From Moniliella sp. 'wahieum' (Eukaryota): a stretch of 64,000 nt of DNA. Where the stretch lies: positions 620,001 through 684,000 of the forward strand of contig RSEE01000018.1 of assembly GCA_003971905.1 (NCBI GenBank). Direction: 5' to 3'. The notes beneath the pieces were generated by a model. It was not told the origin of the DNA, did not search any database, and saw only the letters and a list, made by a program, of their open reading frames with translations. Each line of letters starts with the position of its first letter. The first letter of the stretch is position 1. The translations under genes were made by a program, and so were the position numbers. Shown one piece after another: positions 13,459-26,352 of the stretch.

Positions 13459-13728
13459 CCAAGCAGACGAACTGGGAGAAACTTGGCTCTAAGCAGGGTG
13501 TCGTGGTGCGGGGCAAATACGTACCTCTAGCTCGCATCCACCTGGGAGTCAAATTGGGATACAAATATGAAACCCTAGCTGTCGCAATATTTATCACACT
13601 GCGGCAATCCAGCTCAGGGGCACTGTAGTTGGAACTAACCTATTGTGATTTTATGCCCTTTCTGGCCCTCGGCCCTTTCAACAACTGCCCAGCGGCCCCT
13701 TGTACGCTTCCGTCGACCACCAAGCACA

Positions 13729-14902
13729 ATGTCCCACTGCAAGTACGAGCACCCCCGTCACGGTAGCACGGCCTTCCTGCCCCGGAAGCGTGCTGCGCAC
13801 CCGCGCGGCCGCGTTCGTGCCTTCCCCAAGGACGACCCTAAGAAGCCCGTCCACCTCACTGCCTTCCTTGGCTACAAGGCTGGCATGACCCACATTGTGC
13901 GTGAGCTCGAGCGCCCTGGGTCGAAGATGCACAAGAAGGAGATTGTCGAGTCCGCCACCGTTGTTGAGGCCCTCCTCTTGTTGTTGTTGGTGCCGTCGGC
14001 TACATTGAGACGCCCAAGGGTCTCCGCGCCCTGACCACTGTCTGGGCTGAGCACCTGTCCGAGGAGGTCAAGCGTCGCTTCTACAAGAACTGGTACCGCT
14101 CCAAGCGCAAGGCGTTCACTACCTACGCCAAGAAGTACTCTGAGGATGGCGGTGCTTCGATCAGCAAGGAGCTTGAGCGTATCCGCAAGTACTGCACGGT
14201 CGTCCGTGTGCTTGCCCACACTCAGCTCTCCAAGACTGGCCTGAAGCAGAAGAAGGCGCACCTGATGGAGATCCAGGTCAACGGTGGCTCGATCTCGGAC
14301 AAGGTTGACTTCGCCAAGGAGCACTTTGAGAAGACGGTCGACCTCAAGTCGGTCTTCGCCGAGAACGAGATTGTTGACGTCATCTCGATCACCAAGGGTC
14401 ACGGTAACGAGGGTGTCGTTGCTCGTTGGGGTGTCAAGAAGCTTCCTCGCAAGACCCACCGTGGTCTCCGCAAGGTTGCCTGCATTGGTGCGTGGCACCC
14501 GGCTAACGTGCGCTTCACTGTCGCCCGTGCTGGTCAGGACGGCTACCACCACCGTACTGAGCTCAACAAGAAGATCTACCGATCGCCACTGGCTCGGAGG
14601 AGGGCTCGGGCTCTACTGAGTTCGATGCCACCAAGAAGGCCATCACCCCCATGGGTGGCTTCCCTCACTACGGTATTGTCAACTCGGACTTTGTCCTGCT
14701 CAAGGGCTCCATCCCCGGTACCAAGAAACGTGTGGTGACCCTGCGTAAGTCGATGGCTCACCACACCTCGCGCGCTGCGCTCGAGAACGTGGCTCTCAAG
14801 TGGATCGACACCTCGTCGAAGCACGGCCACGGTCAGTTCCAGACCCGCGAGGAGGCCGACGCTTTCCTCGGCCCCCGCAAGCTCAAGGCTGTCTTCGAGT
14901 AA
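13729..14902 (+). CDS. RPL3: 60S ribosomal protein L3 (uL3), no intron seen, two apparent indels
   Basis: [102 protein letters not shown]. Confidence 0.98.
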
Positions 14903-15737
14903 ACGGTCTCTCTTATGTGGCCTTTACAAACCTTTCACAAAATATGGTGGATGCTGTCACCTCGTATGCCTCCATGTTTGCATGGCGAATCTCATTGTCG
15001 ATGCCACCATAGCCCTTCATGCGTCGCTAGTCTCTTCTGTCCACTACAGACCCGGATGAATGTGAGATCTACTGATTCAAACCAGTGGTCTTTGGGAGCA
15101 GACTCGAAGATCATAAGAGGGGAACGATGTTTCAACCGCTCTCGGCGCAAGGGCGCGATCCTTAAAAAAACGGCATGCTCACATCCGACCCGCGGCCTCC
15201 TCGAGTGACTAGTAATCCCTGAGGTACGAATTGGCAGCGTCCCGCCTTACTCTCCTACCAAGCGAGGGCCTGAGTTATACACGGCTCCCAATCGACTAAT
15301 ATAATGGTGGTAGGTGCCCGTACGTGAAGCTAATTTGACTGAGTTAGCTAGTTATCGGAGAAGAGCGCCCCAATCCAACTGTCCTCGTTCAAGCTTCAAG
15401 ATCAAACAATCCTGGTAGTGGTGGACGGGGGAACGGTGGCCACGGTGGCGACGATGGGACGGTGGACGATGAAACGGTGACCCTCTAGTCGCTTAATAAA
15501 TCGAAGCGAAACGCTCGGCTCGGCATACAGAAAAATGCGTCACACTCAGAAACCTCCAACAGCACAGGTTTGTATCACGCGTCATGCGTCACCGTTACGG
15601 GCCTAACTAGCGGTGTGGACCAGAGGCCAAGGAGATGGTATTGCAGAGAAGGGGGACTAAAAACCTGTGGGCTGCGAGAAACTCCGAAGTCGGAAAAGCA
15701 TATGGAAGGCCCGATAAACGCGCCGGCACGTGCCACG

Positions 15738-17610
15738 AAGCTTGAAGCTAGTTGAAGAGCTTGAAGCTTGAAGCTTTAACGTTTAACGTCCAACTTTAAT
15801 TGAAGGCCGATAGGCTCGGGACTGTCGCTCTGGACCATTGGTGTTGTTATAGTCACAGCTTGGAGGCAGCGAGGTACAGAATTAAAAGGGTGCAGACCAA
15901 GAGGTTACACGTTACATGTTGCAGAAGGTTGGGTAAGACCAGGTACGACCAGAGCCACTTATTGGGCCAATGATTGAGGGCAGAACAATGCAACGGCAAC
16001 AGGGTTGTGGATTGAACGTGCTGAACTCAATATTCAACGTCCAACGTTGAGCTGATAACGTCGAGAGAGACGTTGAGGTCTCCTGAAGCCTTCGGCTAAA
16101 CAACATGCCACAACGCTTAAGAAGCATGAGATAGAACGGTGTATATACACGCGTAGGCTTTTGACCTCAAAAGCGCCGTAAACCGGCGTACGGGGCCGCA
16201 TGCCCCATCAGTTATATATGCAGCAGGCCTTTTTATAGGCCTTCTGTTTCCGGTTACCCCTTACAACACATTATAGGTCACGGGCCCCTAGCTGCTAGTG
16301 TGCAAATGGGAAGCACCGACGGGTTGTACGGGATCGACTGGGGCAGCCTTCAAGCTGTTCAAGCTTCAAGCTTCCAGCTTCAAGCAACGTTGAACGTTGA
16401 GGGTTGAACGTGTTTGAACGTTGGACGTTGAGGCCGGATCCTCAGAGCAGTATTAGGGTTCCAGTCCGGCACGGACCTCAAGTGAATCACAGTGACGCTC
16501 GCGTAGCAATATATATTCTCCGTCGTGGTTCGCTCGCTCGCTCCCTCCTCTAGCCCCACGTCACCTGTCTCATTCAAGCTTCAACGTGCTCTGGCTCGCC
16601 ACTGTGCCTTCTCTCACTTCTCTGAAGCTTCTGAAGTTGAAAAGCTGTTGAAGCTGAAGCTTGAAGCTTGAGAGGAGGTTAACGTGGTTAACGAAGAAAA
16701 AACATCTTTTTGAGCCACAATTCAGGGGCCTCAGGCCTGACCTCCCTCAGGCCCCCTCAGCGCTTCAGCCTGCCTGAGCTCCCAGCTGTCTTTTCAAAAG
16801 CTTCAAGCTTCAAGCTTTAAGCCTGCCTAACACGTTATGCATGTGACGCACTGAGACGGACTGTTGGGGATCGCGACGGCGGCCTGAGGCTTCCCTGAGG
16901 CCTGAGGAGAGGGTTTGACGATCTGAGAGCAACTCTATATCATTTGCAAAGCTTGTAAGGGCTAAGGTGTGTGGTTACCGGTTACATGTTACAGGTTATA
17001 CTCCTGCAATCATATAGCATTTCCAAAGCTAAGACAGAAAAAGAAACGCTGCGCCTCAACACCAGTAATAGGCTCGCTCAGCCTCAGCAGCCCTCAGCCA
17101 GCGCTCAGGCTGAGCCTCAGCGCACCTCTGGCGTGTGCTGTACGCGGGTTAGCTAGTAACTAGTACCTGAGGAGCTGAGGCAGACTGAGGCGGAGCGCTG
17201 AGAGGCTGAGCGCCTATCCATCCGTCTAGTGAGTACTAGTGAGTGTGGTACTGAGTAGCTCGGCTGAAGTGGGTAGTATTTAGTAACTAGTAACTAATAG
17301 CTGTTTGCTATGCTACAGGCCTAGTCAAGTGACTAATGACCACAGCGACTGCTGTAGTAGCTCCTATGGCTGGCACTAGCTTACCTGCGCATGAAGCTCT
17401 TGAAGCGTGATAGTGATGTCTGATGCCTGATGCTTCACACGAAGAAGGCTGCAAAGCTTGAAACTTGAAGCTTGCTGGAGCTGGACGACCGGTGAGAGGT
17501 GGGAGGATGACCGATCGATGGGCGTCGAAGGGCGTGCGAATCACGCGTCACGTTGCCAATCACGCAGGTATCACATGGCGCATGTGACATGTGACGTGCT
17601 GTCACAATCC
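15738..17610. repeat. ~1.9-kb field of heptamer palindrome arrays (AAGCTT, AACGTT, AGGCCT, AGCGCT, ACCGGT, ACATGT, ACTAGT, AGTACT, ACGCGT units)
   Basis: e.g. aagctt-c-aagctt (16361-16373), aacgtt-g-aacgtt (16386-16398), aagctt-g-aagctt (16657-16669), aagctt-c-aagctt-c-aagctt (16798-16817), accggt-t-acatgt (16977-16989), actagt (17159, 17286), g-acatgt-g (17587). Confidence 0.85.
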
Positions 17611-18697
17611 TCGGGGCCGGTACAAAGCAGGCCGCGCCGACCAGCCAGGCCAGGCGTCGCAGGCCAGCCCAGGGCCACGTCTGGGGCTGTGCCGTGCGTG
17701 CTGGTGCGGCAGCAGCGCGGCAGCCGCCTGGCCGAGGCCCACGCCGGCCACAGCCGCCGCCAACCGCCATCGCGCGCCCAGCATCCCGCCCAGCATCCTG
17801 CGCCCAGCCACCAGCAGCAGACCGCTGCAGCCCCCCGCCCCGCCCGCACCACCCGCTCCTCCTGCCGCCGCCCCATCGCGCCCGCCCCATCGCCCCGTCT
17901 CTCCGTGCTGCTGCACCCCGCACGCCTGGCCGCATCGCCCCGATGCACGCCTTAGCCGAGCCCGACGCCGAGCCCGACGCCATGGCCGCCAGTGCCGCCG
18001 CAGCCTCGCGCAGCGCCAGTCTGGCAGCGCCGCCACGCCGCCCGCGCCGCCGCTCCAGCTCGCCTCCGCGTCGGCCTCAGCGCTGCGGCGGCGGCAGCGA
18101 CGGCGCCCATGCCCGCCCCTGCCATGTCGGCTGTGTCGTCTGCGTCGGCCAAGTCGGCTGCGTCTTCTGCCGCTGCTGCTGCGGCCCGTGCCGCTCGCCC
18201 CCCGCCCACGCCCTCCGCCCTCCCCTCGCCGCCCCTTCCCCCGCGCATGCACCCCTCCCCCGCAGGCAGCCACGGGCAGCGCGCTGCCCTGGGCGCCTTC
18301 TGCACCCGGCTCCGCTGTCTGGGGCCCACCCGCCTGGGACAGCCTCCCGCCGCCTCCGCCGCCGCCGCCGCCAACCCCGCGCCGCCCGCCCCCTCGCCTG
18401 CCCCCACCTGCCCACCCCCGAGCGCAAGCCCACTGCCCTCCCCGACCTGCCACCGCCGCATGGCCCTCAGCCACCACACCTCCACCTCCTCCCCCACATC
18501 CACAGCTCCTCCCCCTACGTCTCCCCGCCCCTGGCCCCGTCCCCCCCCCGCCGCCGCTGGTCCCAGTCGACACTGGCCCCCCCTCACTGCTGCACCCGGC
18601 CCTCCTGGCCACGACGAACCCGCTGTCCCTTTCATCGTCTTCTGCTGCTGTTACCGCGCCCCTCCGTTCTGCCCCCATCGTCACCAGCCGCCAGCAT

Positions 18698-20654
18698 CAT
18701 GCCTCCTCCCATGCGTCGTTACCTCCCGCCACGATGGTCCAACCCCCAGCAACCGCTGTCCCCACCACCTTTGCCTCGGGCCGCCCCCCACAGCTTGTTC
18801 GCTCTGCCCACACCGCCCATTTGGCCACCCAAGTCGCCTCAGTGCCCTGTCGATCGACGATGATGATGATGACCCAGAGGCCCACTTCCCTCTGCTGATC
18901 CCGATCTCTCCGCATCCAGCATATGGGGCACCCACGCCAGCCGTTATGCCCCGGCATCCACCAGCTCCGAAGGGCGGGGGGGCATGGGGTACAGTTCTCG
19001 CTCCCACTTGTATGACGAGTACGACACCTACGAAGAGCCGTCTCATCATGCCCTCGGGGTTGGAGAGGGGAGTACGACTATGGCTATCGCTCTCACCCAG
19101 TGACCCCAGCGCCTCGGGTCCGAACGGAGAAGAGCGGGCACGACGCAAGGGCGAGCGCGCATGAGCCAGGAAAAACGGCGTCGCTTGGCTCGCCGAAGGG
19201 AGCGCGAACGGGAGGCGGCCCAAGCCGCTGGAGGGGGTACTCTGTCTTGGCCTGCCCAGTACCAGCACTGGTGGCGGTTCCAGCGTCACGAGCTCGTCTA
19301 ATGCGTCGTATGCCTCAGCGCACAGTCGCCTCAGTCGGCCTTCAAGTTTGGGACTGCTTACAACGGGCGCGAGCAGCGCCAATGGTCTTCCTCCCCATCC
19401 CCACTCTACATCTCCAGGGACTGCTGCCCCTAGAGCGGGCGGAGTAGAATCGGGGTTGAGGTCAGACTTGTATTATGGAACTCCTTCGTCTCTAGGTCCC
19501 AATATGCTGGGCTTGGATACGTCGGTTGGCTCGCAGGCCATCTCTGCTCCTGCGGCCCACACGCCTAGTCACGAGGCGGGGCGATCAGGTTACTTATCCT
19601 CTTGGAGGGAACCTGGCATGCGCCCCACTCGCACTTCCAGCCCATCTCAACCTACCCCCGGTCCCCAGAGCTCGTTGCCCACACCCCAGCAGCACCTTCT
19701 TCAGCTCCCCCCTCATGCCCTGGGAGTGGAAAGCCCGGATGGTCCGGAGCAAATGGGCACGCGCCTCATTCTCCACGCCTACCCCAGCCGCTCCCTCCTG
19801 CATCAACTGCGCCTACTTCGACTGCAACTCCTCCTCGCTCGGCGCCAGCGCACATGTCGACATTCCCTTCCCTCCCTCTGAGGCGCCTCCGCTCCCGCTC
19901 CCACCGCATTCATCGTACTCGTCTATGAGCACCGCCCATACGCCCCTCAACGAACCTTGCCGATGCCTGGCCCGACCAGCACGCCCGCCCCGGGTACAGG
20001 GCCAGCCAGAAGTCGTGACCCATGGGCCGCGTCTCGACCCCCCTCCTGGATCGCTTCTTCCCTCGGTGGTTCCAATAGCCTGGACGCCGGACAATCTGCC
20101 GCCTCAGCTTCTGCCGCTGGCAGTCAAAGTCAACTGGGTACCCAGGCTTTCTTCATCGGTTCCCTTCGACGCCCCACTCTTCTGTCCACCCATACCGCCC
20201 TCAGGTCTAGGGGAAGGGGATTGGAGGCAGCATGCCGTTTCCAAACACCCTTCCTTCTCGGCCTCCCTCCCTCTCTTCGCTTGGTTGCCTCACAAACAAA
20301 ATTCGCGCAGCATCTCTTCTCCAGCCACGGCAGCAGCAGCAGTAGCCACTTCGGTGGCGGTTGGCCCCCTGCTCGTGGCCCCGAAAGCGGGCGAGGCCCT
20401 TTTCGTCCTGATCCTGCTTCGGCGAGTTCTTACTACTACCCTCCCTACGTACTAACTTCAGGTGCAGGTGCAGCGGCCAGCATTCCGCTTCCTTCGCCCC
20501 ACAACCCTTCCCTGCTCTCCCCCTCGGCCCGGACTGGTGGGACCGCCACTATCAACATCCTCGTCGCACTCCTCTCGCCACTCGTACTCGGCGAGCCGGG
20601 CGCGCGGCCGATCTGGCACTCTGAACGGACCTGAGAACCATCAGGAAGCGTTAG
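18698..20654 (+). CDS. Low-complexity Pro/Ser/Gly-rich hypothetical protein; boundaries uncertain, frameshifted
   Basis: Overlapping + strand ORFs (18.7-20.6 kb) chain into a disordered protein (..YDEYDTYEEPSHH.., SSSSSHFGGGW, YYYPPY). Followed by a pyrimidine-rich 3'UTR-like tract. No domain recognised. Confidence 0.35.
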
Positions 20655-22174
20655 AGCAAGCGTGGCCGCTGCCTATGCCGCCGGTCTCGCTGCTGCACGA
20701 GGTCAACAAGTGCCAGCGGACCAAGGCGCTCCGTGGCGCTAACTTTTCTCCTCTCCTCTCCTTTCCTTTCCTCTCCTTTCCCGCCCTTTCGCGTTTTCTG
20801 TTCGTTTCGTCCGGTTTTCCCTGCCATGCCTGTTCCCGTCGGCCTGCTCCCACGACCGGTCCCTGGTGGCTCGCGCGCGCTTTGCTTCCCCTTCCCCTTT
20901 CCCTGTCTCTTGGCCTCGGGCCGACTAGGACCGACGAGGCGGACCTGTACCCGTGTATCCCTCCCACCTCTTTCCCCTCGACCCAACCATCTCCCGCATA
21001 CTCCAGTGGGACGTACCTGTGTTCTTCATGTTTTTCCCTGCGCTCCTCTGTGCCCGCGTGGCTTATAGTATTAAAGTAATGCCTCCCATGCGCATGCGTA
21101 GTAATAGTAGTGAATAGTGACCTTGACTTTGTTCAGGGCGGCTTTGGCTTTCTCTAGCTTTGGCTTGGATGCTGACGCTGCTGGTGCCCTAGGTGGATGG
21201 GCTAGGGCCACCGTGGGATGGGCAACTGGGCGACAGAGGGGGGGGGGGGGCACAACGCTCGGCGGTGGTAGAGTAGCCGCCTCGGCTCGTGAATATTTGC
21301 TCGTACTATAACCCGCAGGCAAGGAGGACGAGAGATCTGTATTAGGTTCGTAGCATAGTGACCAGCGGGCGACCGAGTAGAGAAAAGGGGGGAAGAGGCT
21401 GAGATCAATAAGCTAGTTGAACGAGGAGATGGGTTACGGACACCGTTCTTGCCGCTATAAGAGGAGAGGATGCGGCGGAGATGCCAAAAAATGCATGCCG
21501 GGAGAGAGGAGTCGGAGGGGAAGAAGAGCTGAGGAAAAGATTCCATGGCTCTAAGATTATAACCTTGCGCATGTTTGCTTCTTTTGTTAGTGCGTCGACA
21601 GGAAACGAGTGAATGAACCGATGGACGAAAACCCGATCCTGAGAGGCCTGATGTGAGTGACGGTGGAGGGCCTAATACTCTGGCAGAGCCGGTGCTTGAT
21701 AAAACATGAAAACTACCCATTGCCAAAACGGTGGGGAGCTGTGGAGATAGGGGCAGGGAGCCCTTCCAATGCAGACGCCCTTCATGAAGAGGAGGGCTCG
21801 TAGGCAATTTCAAGCCCCATCCAAAACGGCGGGTATTGGCGGTACAAACATAACCGGGTAGATCGGCAGTGAAAGAGACGTGCCGAATCGAAGTGAAAGA
21901 GGGAACAAACGTCCTGCCGGGCCAAAAAAGGGAGCGACCTAGTGCTGGGGGGAGGCTGGAGAGGCTCGACACTGACATGCTGACACTTAGCACAAACCCG
22001 CAGGCGGCAGCCAAGACGCTGGGTGGGGCACACCAGTCGCCACCCGGTTGTGGGGCGGCGGGAGGTGAGCAGGTGCTAACCCCGAGCAGCCGGCTGGTCC
22101 GGGCACGGCGGCAACAAGCGGGCTTTAGCGCTCACCTGCTACAGTGCCACAGTGCCGCCCTTGCGTCAATAACG

Positions 22175-22512
22175 TCATCATCATGCATCATTAACCATGC
22201 GCCGTGCATCATGCATCACTGTCATCAATCTGCGTGCGTAATATGTGCCTGTCAGACACGTGTCTCGCTACCCCCGCGCGCACGCACGCAGGTCGCTGGA
22301 TTGGCTCGCAGCCCCAACTCCAGACTGCTCTCGTCCGCTGGCGCTCCAGCCTGCCCCAGGCCCAATCCAAGTTCAGTCTCAACGTCCAACCTCCGGACCA
22401 GGCACGAGGCACTGTGGCGCGTGAGCGCTCAGCTTGGGCACGCGGTACTGAGCGTACTGAGCAGTGGAACATACTGAGCACTGAGAGTACTTAGTACTTG
22501 GTACTTACTGTC
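22175..22512. repeat. Heptamer palindrome cluster (ATGCAT, AGCGCT, AGTACT) upstream of the carnitine acetyltransferase
   Basis: tc-atgcat-ca, tg-agcgct-ca, agtact-t-agtact-t-ggtact (22486-22505). Confidence 0.75.
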
Positions 22513-22769
22513 AGGCTGCTCCCCGCAGGCACCCGAGCAGCGCTTTCCAATCTCCGCTCTGGGCTGCCGCCTGTTGGGGCCCCACTGTGCTCCCCTGTGG
22601 TCATCAATCATCAACCATTGGCCACGCGACTCGCTGCTCGCATGCTCTTCCCGGCTACACCCGCCCCTGGCAGCCGGGTAGCCAGAGGTGGGGCGGATAT
22701 ATAGCCCTCCCCATCCTCCCCCCCCCCCTCCTTCCCATCAGCCTCCTCCCTCCCCCCCCTCCACACCAT

Positions 22770-25619
22770 ATGCCGGCTGCCGACGCATCCGTCCCCAATG
22801 CGGTGGCGCTCGCCACGCAGGGGTGTCTTTACCGGCCACACGTTTGCTCGCAGGCCGAGCTCCTCCCACCCTGCCTGTCCGCGCCTCGCCGACACGTGCG
22901 AGCGCTATCTCGCCGCTTTGCGCCCCTCCAGACCGTCGAGCAGCACCAGCACACTCGCGCGGCGTTGATCAGTTTCCTTCGCCATGATGGGCCCGAGCTG
23001 CAGGACCGGCTGCACCAGTACGCCGCCACCCGCACCTCGTACATTGCTGAATTCTGGAACGATGCCTACCTCCAAGCGGCCGACTCGGTCGTGTTGAACC
23101 TCAACCCCTTTTTCATTCTCGAGTACGTTCTCCCCTGCGTGCCTGTGTGCTTGGTGGGGTGTTGACCGTGCTTGCTCCCGCCGTTCCAGAGACGACCCTA
23201 CCCCTTCGCGCGGGAGCCAGCTGATGCGGGCTGCTAACTTGACCCTGGCTGCGCTTGCGTTCATTCACGATTTGCGTACCGGCGAGCTACCCGTCGACGA
23301 GGTTCGGGGCACGCCCCTTGACATGAGCCAGTATGCCTGGCTCTTTGGCGCAGCACGTATTCCTACCGGCACGAGTCAAGGGTGCAAGATGTCGGTCGCA
23401 CTGGATGCAAGCACGTGGTTGTCCTCCGTCGTGGGTATGCCTATTGGTTTGATGCGCTCGATGCACAACACCGTCCACTGTGGACTGAAGCAACCTTGGT
23501 CCGCACCTTGCAAGCCATCTGCGATGATGCCGACGCTCGTCCGCCCGCGGCAGCGGCTGGCGTGGCCGTTGGCATCTTGACTGCCAACAAGCGTGGACGG
23601 TGGCACGCACAACGCGAAAAACTTGTTTCGGATCCCCACAACCAGGCCTGTCTTGCAACGATTGATGAGGCCCTGTTTGTCCTGTGCCTTGACGATGAGA
23701 GTTCATCTAACGTACAAGAGGGCCAACAGGAGGATGCAGCCAAGCTGGCGGAGGCCATGTTAGCTGGTACCTATGCCATTTCTACCCCCGACCAGGCAGA
23801 GCAAGACGAGTTAACCGGCACACCCGGTGTGCAAGTGGGCTCGTGCACCAATCGGTGGTGGGACAAGCTGCAGATTGTGGTGACTTCAAGTGGAAGCGCA
23901 GGATCAATTTTGAACATACAGCGCTCGATGGCCATACTGTGCTTCGGTTTGTGGCGGATGTGTATACAGAGTTGATCATGCGCTTTGCACGGAGCATTCA
24001 CGCTCGTACCAAGAGCCTGTTTAACGCGCCCCTTTCTCCTCATGCCCGGGGCGGGCCGACAAGGCGACCAACAGGGAAGACGGCCTCGGCTGTACCCGGC
24101 GCAGCAGGCTCAACGTACTGTACGGCGCCTCGTGCGCTCGAATGGCGGTGGAACCAAGCGCTCGCATCAGCTGTGGCCCATGCGGAAGCCCGTCTGAGCG
24201 ACTTGGTGTGCGCGAATGAGTGCGCTGTACTCGAATTTGACGGATACGGCAAAGCGTTTATCACTGCCCATGGATTCAGTCCCGATGCATGGGTTCAGAT
24301 GGCAATGCAAGCTGCTTACTTTTCCCTGTATGGACGTAACGTCATGACGTACGAGCCAGCCATGACCAAGCACTTCCGTCAAGGCCGCACCGAAGCCATC
24401 CGCACCGTCTCACCCGAAAGTGTCGACTTTTGCCATGCCTATGTACGGTATGAGCCTGATGTACCCCCTCATCTGCCAAGAAAAGCGCCGCCTTCAAGTC
24501 CCAAGGGACCCAGAAGAGCAACACAGTGCTTGCCCCGCAGGACAAGAAAACATCCGCTTCGGCACGGCTGGACAATGGCGCAGGGGGGGGCGAGCTCGGC
24601 GAACGAAGTGGTACTCGCCCTTCGGAAGGCTTGCGCCACCCACACTCGCTCTTCGCGCCTGGCGGCCCAGGGATTGGGGTGTGACCGGCACCTCTATGCG
24701 CTTTACGAGCTATGGCGGCGTGGGCTGGGCATCAAGTCGTCAGCGACCCAAAACAAGCCAGGTGAGGCAGGGAGCGCCGATGAGCGGGGTCCTGAGTCGG
24801 ACCCGGGCCAGACGAGCGAAGAGAGAAAGGCGCCTTCGCCACTCGGTGCGGAATCGACCGGGTCATCACACGATGCTCCGCCCACCGTCCCGGCTCTTTT
24901 TGCCGATCCGGGGTGGAAGATGCTCAACACGGCCATTCTCAGTACATCCAACTGTGGCAATCCAGCCCTGCGCTTGTTTGGCTTTGCCCCGACCAGTAAC
25001 CATGGGTTTGGCTTGGGCTACATTATCAAAGACCGGGGATTGGCGCTGTGCGCATCTTCGCACCATCGCCAAACCCAACGCTTCCTGGCCCATATGCGCA
25101 CCGCTTGGCTCGTATGCATGCTGCGGTGGTCGCAGTAATGCAGCGGCCAACACGCGGCGGGTACGGACGTACATTGATGCCTCGGGGCACGAGTGTGACG
25201 TGCGCACCGGCTTGCCCATTCGTTCCGACCTACCCTCAGCTTCGTACCGCCGAAGCAGTAGTTTTTCCACCAACATTCCTAGCTCGCCGGGGCCACCTGC
25301 AACGCGCCCCCTCATTGCCACTGGGATGGCAGCGCCCCTTCTTTCTCCACGCTCGGCTATCTCGGGCTTGGCGGACGTGTTTGATGAGGGAGGCGAGGAG
25401 GAAGAGACGGGCTAGTGGGCTTGACGGGCTATGGGTTCTTTGACGCTGGCGGGGGACCGCCTACGTCCGCCGCCTCAGTTGGCCTGCGTCGAGGCACGTC
25501 GCACCCATCGGTGGAGATGCGGCGCTGGAGCCAAGCAGGGGATCGGGGACGAAGACCACGGTCGCCCACGTACCTCGGCGTGGACGGCGCTGGTTTTTGA
25601 CGATACTTCTTTCTCCTGA
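22770..25619 (+). CDS. YAT1: Carnitine O-acetyltransferase (Yat1-type); intron 23123-23189, frameshifted
   Basis: SYIAEFWNDAYL..DSVVLNLNPFFILE|DDPTP, PLDMSQY..LFG.ARIP, ALFVLCLD, CTNRWWDKLQI, NFEHTALDGHTVLRF, SPDAWVQMAMQAAY, TYEPAMTKHF..GRTEAIR, GCDRHLYAL, LSTSNCGNPALRLFGFAP, GYGFFDAG. Confidence 0.92.
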
Positions 25620-25989
25620 GGCCTGAGGCGACTTGGACTTGACTGCCTCTTCTCAGATCTCACATCGTTATCATTCACATCACACATCGATCTGCCGGCA
25701 CGCGACGCCTCTCTCCTCTTTTCTTCTTGCATATATCTCCTGTGCTACTGCCACGCTCTTGACGTATATATATACAGTCCCCTCTTTTGACTGCTCTGCT
25801 CTGCTCTTTATTGCCTTTGCCTTTTTATTGTCAATGGACACATGTACGACCCAACGATGTTGGGAATCAAGCTTCAAGTGTGGCGGCTGCCCTTGTTGGA
25901 CGAAGATTCTTCAGCTGCCCTTGAGCTTGATGAACGATTTGATGAATCGGAACGTGCATTAAATATCTGTATTCTGTAACCATAATATA

Positions 25990-26352
25990 TTCGTTGACAA
26001 AGCTTAAGGCTACTGTGGGACAAAGAAGCGCTGCGCCTAAAAAACCAACCCGTTCATCCCGCGTGTGTTGCTTGTTACATGTTAGTGCCAACCCCGTTTA
26101 AGGAACCAGGGGAATCGCCACGAGATCAGGACCCTCTGGTGCCCGCCATCCGTTCCCATACCCAAGGTAGCGCGTGTGGATGCGGATGAACGTGGTAGAC
26201 ATCCGAGCGATGAACGTTGTGAACCATATCTCCATGGAGACTCAGTAGTCGATTCCTTCAAGTTTCCGAGCATCTTGCTCGCTGTCTTGGTGGCATAGTA
26301 TCCTTGCGTCGTCAAAATCAAGGGGGAAAATGGTTCTTGGGTGCGTCCCTGG
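25990..26352 (-). mobile_element. Short 5'-truncated copy of the CRE-clade non-LTR retrotransposon (ORF C-terminus + 3'UTR)
   Basis: Minus strand encodes LILTTQGYYATKTASK..., matching LVLTTRGYYGTKTASK at 50168-50215. The 3'UTR blocks gatgaacgg / tgtccca / gccttaagct.tgtcaa.gaa are shared with 50411-50471. Confidence 0.85.

Noticed and set aside
15738..17610. Cloning polylinker/vector contamination (many HindIII, StuI, ScaI, AgeI-like sites)
   Set aside because: The sites recur degenerately in many intergenic regions, are limited to A...T palindromes, and have no vector backbone.
15738..17610. CRISPR array
   Set aside because: No constant 23-50-bp repeat with unique spacers, no cas genes, and a eukaryotic context.
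17435..18900. Long overlapping ORFs on both strands (also 1865-3200 and 59900-60900)
   Set aside because: These are stop-poor, extremely GC-rich low-complexity tracts with no domain signal; probably leader/promoter DNA or shadows of the real gene.
21071..22014. Minus-strand gene between the 18.7-kb ORF and YAT1
   Set aside because: No recognisable domain or consistent frame; not supportable without expression data.
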